Assembly: GCF_000020385.1 (NCBI RefSeq)
Contig: NC_010814.1
Location: 2,700,001 to 2,732,000, forward strand
DNA length: 32,000 nt
Origin: Trichlorobacter lovleyi SZ
GTDB lineage: Bacteria; Desulfobacterota; Desulfuromonadia; Geobacterales; Pseudopelobacteraceae
Direction of reading: 5' to 3'
Shown here: piece by piece, positions 26,306 through 32,000 of the stretch
Numbering within the stretch: position 1 is the first letter of the stretch
Layout of the letters: every line of letters starts with the position of its first letter
The notes under the pieces: model-generated
What the model saw: the letters and a program-made list of their open reading frames with translations, nothing else
Told to the model about the DNA's origin: nothing
Database searches by the model: none
Translations under genes and position numbers: made by a program

Positions 26306-26452
26306 CAGGCTGCTGAAAAACGTCATGAGGAAGCACGGCTACAAGGCGCACGGCGCACAGCGACTGAGACATAACAGATAGTTAGGCGAAGGAGCGAGCA
26401 CCGCGCAACGTAGTAGACGGGCTCCGTAATAGTTTTTCAACAACCTGCTAGA
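26301..26452 (+). repeat. Copy B of the ~150-nt noncoding repeat
   Basis: Core 26316-26440 matches 19692-19816. The closing helix CTAGCAGGCTGCTGAAAAAC (26302-26321) pairs with 26432-26451 at 18 of 20 positions. Its left end overlaps the TAG stop (26303-26305) of the upstream gene. Confidence 0.65.
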
Positions 26453-26600
26453 CAGAAGCCGCCAGACACGATCAATATTCCGGTTCCAGTTCGAGGACGC
26501 TGTCAAGGCCGCGAGGGATTCGGTGACACAGGCGTACACGCAATACGTTGAGGAACCGAAGACGAACCAACGAAGAGAGAGCCTTGAAATGGAAGCAGAA

Positions 26601-26879
26601 TTACCAGCGTTTGGTGACCTCGATCAGATGATAGCCGAACTGTGTCCTGACCGGTCCCAGCACCTTGCCGATCTCACCGGAAAAGACCACCTCGTCAAAC
26701 TCCTTGACCATCTGACCGGGACCGAATGCCCCCAGGTCACCACCCCGCATCCGGGAGGGACAGGATGAGTTGAGCTTGGCCACCTCGCCGAAGTCGGCGC
26801 CGCCCTCTATCTCTGTCTTCAGTTTCAGACATTCCGCTTCGGTTGAAACCAGGATGTGTCGTGCCGTTGCTGTTGCCAT
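26601..26879 (-). CDS. ppiC: Parvulin-type peptidyl-prolyl cis-trans isomerase
   Basis: 92 aa. ARHILV, GGDLGAFGPGQMVKEFD and TQFGYHLIEV motifs of PpiC/Par10. AAGGAG RBS 7 nt upstream. Confidence 0.85.
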   Translation of the reverse strand: MATATARHILVSTEAECLKLKTEIEGGADFGEVAKLNSSCPSRMRGGDLGAFGPGQMVKEFDEVVFSGEIGKVLGPVRTQFGYHLIEVTKRW

Positions 26880-26913
26880 GGTGTCGCTCCTTATCGTTAA
26901 ACTTTGGTAGTTT

Positions 26914-28389
26914 TTACTTCAGCCCACGCTCTGCAATTTCGATGGCCCGGCGGACTGCCATCGCCTTGTTAACTGTTTCCTGCCATTCAGCAGCCGGGTC
27001 GGAATCGGCAACAACACCGCCTCCGGCCTGGAGGTGCACCATACCGTCCTTAATCACCAGCGTGCGGATGGCAATCGCCAGATCCATGTTGCCGGAGAAG
27101 GAAAAGTAGCCTACCGCGCCACCGTAAATCTCACGCCGCACCGGCTCCAGCTCGTCGATGATCTCCATGGCCCGCACCTTGGGAGCGCCGGACAGAGTAC
27201 CGGCCGGGAAGGTGGCCCGCACCAGATCAAAGGCATCCCTGCCTTCCGCCAGCTCGCCATAGACGTTGGAGACGATATGCATGACATGGGAGTAACGCTC
27301 GATCACCATCAGCTCTGAGACGGTCACCGTGCCGGTGGCACAGACCCGCCCCAGGTCGTTGCGTCCCAGGTCCACCAGCATGACATGCTCGGCCCGTTCC
27401 TTGGGGTCGGCCAACAGCTCCTCTGCCAGTGTGGCATCTTCTTCCGGTGTTGCACCACGCGGCCTGGTTCCGGCAATCGGCCGCAACTCCGCCCGTGTTC
27501 CCTCCTTGCGCACCATGACCTCGGGTGAAGCACCGGCTATCACGGTGCCGTCCAGACGCAGAAAGAACATGTAAGGCGAGGGGTTCAAGGTGCGCAATAC
27601 CCGGTAGATATCAAAGGGGTCCGCTGAAAGCGTGCCGCTGAAACGCTGTGACGGGACAACCTGGATAATGTCGCCGGCACGCACGTATTCCTTGGCCTTC
27701 TCAACCGCCGCCTCATACTCTTCACGGCTTATATTGGAACGGAGTTCAGCAGGTTTGACCGCTTCCGGTGCTCCGGCAGGCGGCAACGGCCCGCGCAGCT
27801 TGTGAATTATCCCCTCAATCCGGGCCAGCGCCTCTGCATAGGCATCCTCGGCAGAGACCGTGCCGCCAAGATGGGCGTTGGAGACCACCTTGATCTTCTG
27901 ACTGACGTTATCGAAGATGATCAGGGTATCGGTAACCAGGAAATAGGCATCGTAGGCATCAATCAACGCCGGTTTCTGCGTTGGCAGGTGCTCGAAATGA
28001 CGCACCATGTCGTAGCCAAGGTACCCCACTGCGCCACCAAAGAACCGGGGCAACCCCGGCACCTCAACCGGCGTGAAACGGCTTAGCAGAGCACGGATAC
28101 TATCCAGAGGATCAGCGACTGTTTGACTGGTAATGACACCATGCTCAATGGTTTCAACTGTTTTACCCTTGGTACGGACGACAAGTGAGGGGCTGGAGCC
28201 GAGAAAGGTATAGCGTGCCCACTTCTCTCCACCTTCGATACTCTCCAGCAGAAACGAGTAACAGTCGTCATCAATCTTGCGAAAGGCAGTTACCGGTGTG
28301 TCCATATCAGCCATAATCTCACGATAGACCGGCACCAGGTTGCCCTTTTGCGCCAGCTGACAAAAGTCTTTAAAATCAGGAAATACCAT
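26914..28389 (-). CDS. trpE: Anthranilate synthase component I
   Basis: Start set to ATG 28389 (GGAGA 5 nt upstream), 491 aa. FLLESIEGGEKWARYTFLG N-terminal regulatory motif. C-terminal chorismate-binding core (GTLSGAPKVRAMEII, GGAVGY, LQAGGGVVADS). Confidence 0.9.
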   Translation of the reverse strand: MVFPDFKDFCQLAQKGNLVPVYREIMADMDTPVTAFRKIDDDCYSFLLESIEGGEKWARYTFLGSSPSLVVRTKGKTVETIEHGVITSQTVADPLDSIRALLSRFTPVEVPGLPRFFGGAVGYLGYDMVRHFEHLPTQKPALIDAYDAYFLVTDTLIIFDNVSQKIKVVSNAHLGGTVSAEDAYAEALARIEGIIHKLRGPLPPAGAPEAVKPAELRSNISREEYEAAVEKAKEYVRAGDIIQVVPSQRFSGTLSADPFDIYRVLRTLNPSPYMFFLRLDGTVIAGASPEVMVRKEGTRAELRPIAGTRPRGATPEEDATLAEELLADPKERAEHVMLVDLGRNDLGRVCATGTVTVSELMVIERYSHVMHIVSNVYGELAEGRDAFDLVRATFPAGTLSGAPKVRAMEIIDELEPVRREIYGGAVGYFSFSGNMDLAIAIRTLVIKDGMVHLQAGGGVVADSDPAAEWQETVNKAMAVRRAIEIAERGLK

Positions 28390-28481
28390 GCTATCTCCAA
28401 GCGTTGAAATGATTTTTGAAGCTATCACAGGGGGTATTTCGTGTCAATCGTGCACCATCCTCTTTTCATTATAAAGAGTTG

Positions 28482-28490
28482 TGCTATACT
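28482..28490 (+). promoter_or_regulatory. Candidate extended -10 promoter element for cheV
   Basis: TGcTATACT (TG 28482-28483, -10 hexamer 28485-28490) about 32 nt upstream of ATG 28522. No good -35. Pattern match only. Confidence 0.3.
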
Positions 28491-28521
28491 CTCCTGACAA
28501 AATCCACGGCAGGAGTTCGCC

Positions 28522-29460
28522 ATGAAACAGACCAACATCCTTCTTGAAAGCGACACCAACGAACTGGAGATCGTGGAGTTCCGCGTTGACGAACTGGACT
28601 CCCACGGCAATCTGGTCCCCTGCCATTACGGTGTCAACGTTGCAAAAGTACGTGAGATCATCCGCCTGCCCAAGCTGACCAAGGCCCTCAACACCTCTGA
28701 TGCGGTTGAAGGGATGATCAAGCTGCGGGAAAAGGTGATCCCGATCCTGAACCTCTCCAAGATCCTGAACAAATATACCGGCGACCTGCTTTCAGACCGG
28801 GTCATCGTACTTGAGTTCAACAACGTCATGGTCGGCGTCCTGGTGCACTCAGTCTCCCGCATCTACCGTATCTCCTGGAAAAATGTCGAGGCCCCCTCCT
28901 CGGCCGTCTATTCTGATCAGGTCACCGGCCTGGTCAAGATGGATGACCGGATCATCTTGGTGCTTGATTTTGAAAAGATCGTGGCTGAATTCTGTGCCTC
29001 CAGCGCCCTGCAGCCGCTGGCCCCTGAACAACTGCTTGAAGGCGCCGGTATTGACCGCAGCAGCAAGAGCATCCTGGTTGCCGATGACTCCCCGTTTATC
29101 CGCCACACCATGTGCAGCGCCCTGCGGGGTGCCGGCTACAATGTTGAAGAGGCGGTCAACGGTGCCGAGGCCTGGGAAAAGATCCAGAACAAAATGCAGC
29201 AGTGCTCAAGCGATGGCGTTTCATTCCGTTCACGGATGCAGCTCCTGATCACCGATGTGGAGATGCCCCAGATGGACGGCCTGCACCTGACGTCGCTGGT
29301 ACGCAAGGAAGACAGCCTGAAGGATCTGCCGATCATCATCTTCTCGTCACTGGCATCGGAAGACAACATCCGTAAATGGCATGACCTGGGCGCCCAACAG
29401 ATTCTGACCAAGCCGGACCTGCCAAATCTGGTCAAATACGCTGACGAATTTACCGCCTGA
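28522..29460 (+). CDS. cheV: Chemotaxis coupling protein CheV (CheW-like domain fused to receiver domain)
   Basis: 312 aa. N-terminal CheW-like region (ELEIVEFRV, YGVNVAKVREII). C-terminal REC (ILVADDSPFIRH..., ITDVEMPQMDG, TKPD). AGGAG RBS 6 nt upstream. Confidence 0.85.
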   Translation: MKQTNILLESDTNELEIVEFRVDELDSHGNLVPCHYGVNVAKVREIIRLPKLTKALNTSDAVEGMIKLREKVIPILNLSKILNKYTGDLLSDRVIVLEFNNVMVGVLVHSVSRIYRISWKNVEAPSSAVYSDQVTGLVKMDDRIILVLDFEKIVAEFCASSALQPLAPEQLLEGAGIDRSSKSILVADDSPFIRHTMCSALRGAGYNVEEAVNGAEAWEKIQNKMQQCSSDGVSFRSRMQLLITDVEMPQMDGLHLTSLVRKEDSLKDLPIIIFSSLASEDNIRKWHDLGAQQILTKPDLPNLVKYADEFTA

Positions 29461-29489
29461 TCAGACAGCATCAATCAGTGCATCACCAC

Positions 29490-29519
29490 CAGGGGCCCTT
29501 TGCGGCCCCTGTTCTTTTT
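29490..29519 (+). terminator. Rho-independent terminator downstream of cheV
   Basis: Stem CAGGGGCC (29490-29497) / GGCCCCTG (29504-29511) with a 6-nt loop, followed by the T-rich tract TTCTTTTT. Confidence 0.7.
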
Positions 29520-29523
29520 CCTG

Positions 29524-29552
29524 TTGACATCCCCCGCTGTTTCTGGTTAAGT
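29524..29552 (+). promoter_or_regulatory. Candidate sigma70 promoter for pyruvate carboxylase
   Basis: Consensus -35 TTGACA (29524-29529), 17-nt spacer, -10 TTAAGT (29547-29552). It would give a ~100-nt AT-rich leader. Pattern match only. Confidence 0.4.
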
Positions 29553-29657
29553 GCCGCCACCGTAAACGCCATAACTATTCAAAATAACTAAATTTTTTAA
29601 GCATAACTAAAAATCATTGAACGAACCTTTACTACCATCAAAAACAGGAGAACACGC

Positions 29658-32000
29658 ATGAAGAAAATCAACAAGTTCAGAAAGGTCATGGCCGCCAACC
29701 GCGGCGAGATCGCCATCCGGATCTTCCGGGCCTGTACCGAGCTGGGGATCAGCACGGTGGCGCTCTATTCCGAAGAGGACAAACTCTCCCTGCACCGCTA
29801 CAAGGCAGATGAGGCCTATCTGATCGGCAAAGGCAAGGCGCCGATTGACGCCTACCTGGGGATTGACGAGATCATCGCACTGGCACTGAAGGCCGATGTA
29901 GACGCGATCCACCCCGGCTACGGTTTTCTGGCGGAAAATGCTGAATTTGCCGAGAAATGCGAGGCAGCCGGTATCACCTTTATCGGTCCCACGGCTGAAA
30001 TGCAGCGTGCCCTGGGAGACAAGGTGGCAGGCCGCAAGGCTGCCATGTCTGCAGAAGTGCCGGTCGTGCCGGGCACCGAAGACCCGATTGAGAAAGAAGA
30101 AGAGGCGCTGAAGTTTGCCAAGGACTCCGGCTATCCGATCATCATCAAGGCGGCAGCCGGTGGCGGCGGCCGCGGTATGCGGGTGGCCCGCAACAAGAAA
30201 GAGCTGCTGGAAGGGCTGGTTGCTGCCCGCAGTGAGGCCAAGGCCGCCTTTGGCAACGCCACCGTCTTTCTGGAGCGCTACATCGAGAACCCCAAGCATA
30301 TCGAAGTGCAGGTCATGGGTGACAACTACGGCAATCTGGTGCATTTTTTCGAGCGTGACTGCTCGATCCAGCGCCGCCACCAGAAGGTGGTTGAGTTCGC
30401 GCCGTCACTCTGCCTGACCCAGCAGCAGCGGGAAGAGATCTGCACCGCCGCCCTGAAGATCGCCGGTCAGGTCAAATACCGAAACGCCGGTACGGTCGAG
30501 TTCCTGGTGGATCAGGAGGGCAGTTTCTACTTCATTGAGATGAACCCCCGCATCCAGGTCGAGCATACCGTCACCGAGATGATCACCGGCCGCAACCTGG
30601 TGCAGAATCAGATCCTGGTGGCCCAGGGCTACAAGCTGTCCGACCCGGAGATCAACATCCCGTCCCAGAGCGCCATTGATATGCGCGGCTATGCCATCCA
30701 GTGCCGGATCACCACCGAAGATCCCTCCAACAACTTTGCCCCGGACTTCGGCACCCTGACCACCTACCGTTCCGCTGCCGGCGCAGGTATCCGTCTGGAT
30801 GCGGGCAACGCCTTTACCGGCGCCCAGATCACCCCCCATTACGACTCACTGCTGGTCAAGGTCAGCTCCTGGGGTCTCAACTTCAAGGATGCCGCCTCGA
30901 TCATGCACCGCGCCCTGCAGGAGTTCCGGGTCCGTGGTGTCAAGACCAACATCGGCTTTCTGGAGAACGTGATCACCCACTCGGTCTTCCTGAACGGCAA
31001 GTGCGACACCTCCTTTATCGAGAAGCACCCCGAGCTGCTGCAGTTCCGCGAGAAGAAAGACCGTGCCAGCAAAGTGCTCTCCTTCCTGGGGGACGTGATC
31101 GTCAACGGCTCACCCGGCATTGTCAAACCGCTGAAATCGGCCGACCTGATTGAAGCAAAAGTACCGGAAATCGATTACACCCAGCCCCGCCCCTCCGGCT
31201 CCCGTGACCTGTTCATGAAACTGGGTGCCGAAGGGCTTTCCAAGTGGATTCTGGAGCAGAAAAAGCTGTTGATCACCGATACCACCATGCGGGATGCCCA
31301 CCAGTCCAACCTGGCCACCCGGGTACGGACCCATGACCTGCTCAAGATCGCCGAGCCCACCTCCTACCTGGGGGCCGATCTGTTCTCTCTGGAATGTTGG
31401 GGCGGCGCCACCTTTGACGTCTCGATGCGCTTCCTGCGTGAAGATCCCTGGCAGCGGCTGCACAAGCTTTCCGAAGCGATCCCCAACATCCTGTTCCAGA
31501 TGCTGCTGCGCGGCTCCAACGCCGTGGGTTACACCAACTATCCGGACAACGTGGTACAGAAGTTCGTGGAAGAGGCAGCCAACTCCGGCGTCGACATATT
31601 CCGGGTCTTTGACTCCCTGAACTGGACCACCGGCATGCAGGTGGCCATGGAGGCGGTCCGCAAGTCCGGCAAGATCTGCGAGGCGGCCATCTGCTACACC
31701 GGCGACATCACCGATCCCAAGCGGGACAAGTATCCGCTGGAATACTACGTCAACATGGCCAAAGAACTGGAGAAGATGGGCGCTCATATCCTGGCCATCA
31801 AGGATATGGCCGGCCTGTTGAAGCCGCTGGCCGCCTACAAGCTGGTCAAGGCCCTGAAAGAAAACATCGGCATCCCGGTCCACCTGCACACCCACGACAC
31901 TTCATCCAACGGCTCCGCCATGCTGCTGAAGGCCAGCGAGGCCGGGGTGGATATCGTGGATGCCGCCCTCTCCTCCCTGTCCGGCCTGACCGCCCAGCCC
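29658..32000 (+). CDS. pyc: Pyruvate carboxylase (single-chain; biotin carboxylase and carboxyltransferase domains visible), 3' end outside the window
   Basis: ATG 29658 with AGGAG 7 nt upstream. The frame is open for 781 codons to the window edge, so it is absent from the ORF track. MKKINKFRKVMAANRGEIAIRIFRACTELGI, IIKAAAGGGGRGMR, EMNPRIQVEHTVTE (biotin carboxylase), then LLITDTTMRDAHQS...FSLECWGGATFD...HLHTHDTS (carboxyltransferase). The minus-strand ORFs in this span are antisense shadows. Confidence 0.95.
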   Translation, partial: MKKINKFRKVMAANRGEIAIRIFRACTELGISTVALYSEEDKLSLHRYKADEAYLIGKGKAPIDAYLGIDEIIALALKADVDAIHPGYGFLAENAEFAEKCEAAGITFIGPTAEMQRALGDKVAGRKAAMSAEVPVVPGTEDPIEKEEEALKFAKDSGYPIIIKAAAGGGGRGMRVARNKKELLEGLVAARSEAKAAFGNATVFLERYIENPKHIEVQVMGDNYGNLVHFFERDCSIQRRHQKVVEFAPSLCLTQQQREEICTAALKIAGQVKYRNAGTVEFLVDQEGSFYFIEMNPRIQVEHTVTEMITGRNLVQNQILVAQGYKLSDPEINIPSQSAIDMRGYAIQCRITTEDPSNNFAPDFGTLTTYRSAAGAGIRLDAGNAFTGAQITPHYDSLLVKVSSWGLNFKDAASIMHRALQEFRVRGVKTNIGFLENVITHSVFLNGKCDTSFIEKHPELLQFREKKDRASKVLSFLGDVIVNGSPGIVKPLKSADLIEAKVPEIDYTQPRPSGSRDLFMKLGAEGLSKWILEQKKLLITDTTMRDAHQSNLATRVRTHDLLKIAEPTSYLGADLFSLECWGGATFDVSMRFLREDPWQRLHKLSEAIPNILFQMLLRGSNAVGYTNYPDNVVQKFVEEAANSGVDIFRVFDSLNWTTGMQVAMEAVRKSGKICEAAICYTGDITDPKRDKYPLEYYVNMAKELEKMGAHILAIKDMAGLLKPLAAYKLVKALKENIGIPVHLHTHDTSSNGSAMLLKASEAGVDIVDAALSSLSGLTAQP

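Noticed and set aside
26478-26560. Possible structured RNA (outer 7-bp pairing CGGTTCC/GGAACCG with imperfect inner pairing) downstream of ppiC
   Set aside because: The pairings are short and interrupted. There is no second copy or covariation to support it and no U-tract. It is mentioned only as context in the copy-B finding.
28425-28469. Possible trp leader peptide MKRGWCTIDTKYPL upstream of trpE (minus strand)
   Set aside because: It has only one Trp codon and no Shine-Dalgarno. I could not find the alternative terminator/antiterminator hairpins expected of a trp attenuator.
29607-31895. Minus-strand ORFs 29607-30380 (257 aa), 30405-30839 and 31110-31895 (261 aa)
   Set aside because: Antisense to the pyruvate carboxylase reading frame, which is open on the plus strand from 29658 to the window end and carries unambiguous biotin carboxylase and carboxyltransferase motifs.

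Overview
GC-rich, densely coding chromosomal window. Gene content suggests a Geobacter/Trichlorobacter-type member of the Desulfuromonadales; this is inference only, no search was possible. I recognised no rRNA, tRNA, CRISPR array or transposase.

Most of the window is housekeeping:
- Plus strand, 1-6843: cdaA (5' truncated), glmM, pdxJ, acpS, nnr, a CBS-domain gene, tsaE and lysC, followed by a sensor-less hybrid histidine kinase.
- Minus strand: valS with a TPR/GT9-like gene, lhgO, trpG, tex, ppiC and trpE.
- Plus strand, right end: cheV and a pyruvate carboxylase gene. The pyc ORF runs off the window, so the ORF track misses it.

Two accessory loci stand out.

(1) 19279-21842 is a selenocysteine RiPP-type locus.
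- It starts with a Cys-type precursor carrying four S-G-C-G-G motifs.
- A second precursor gene (19848-20189) is invisible in the ORF track because it has four in-frame TGA codons. Each sits exactly at the S-G-x-G-G positions, and each is followed by a small hairpin with compensatory stem changes (SECIS-like).
- A radical SAM/SPASM maturase follows.
- From memory, this matches the SbtA/SbtM 'thio(seleno)oxazole' (GeoRSP) family. That family is known in silico and in vitro, but its natural product and biological role remain open.

(2) 8199-15124 holds a minus-strand operon encoding a small 3-TM protein, a secreted beta-propeller/Ig-like/caspase (C14) protein and a secreted TPR-CHAT protein. It is divergently paired with a secreted protein that has a clear BPTI/Kunitz-type inhibitor domain (P1-P1' = Lys-Ala). 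I propose a periplasmic clan-CD protease plus inhibitor module; this is untested.

A ~150-nt noncoding repeat with a covarying closing helix occurs twice (19677-19828 and 26301-26452). Many long ORFs in the track are antisense shadows of real genes and were rejected.
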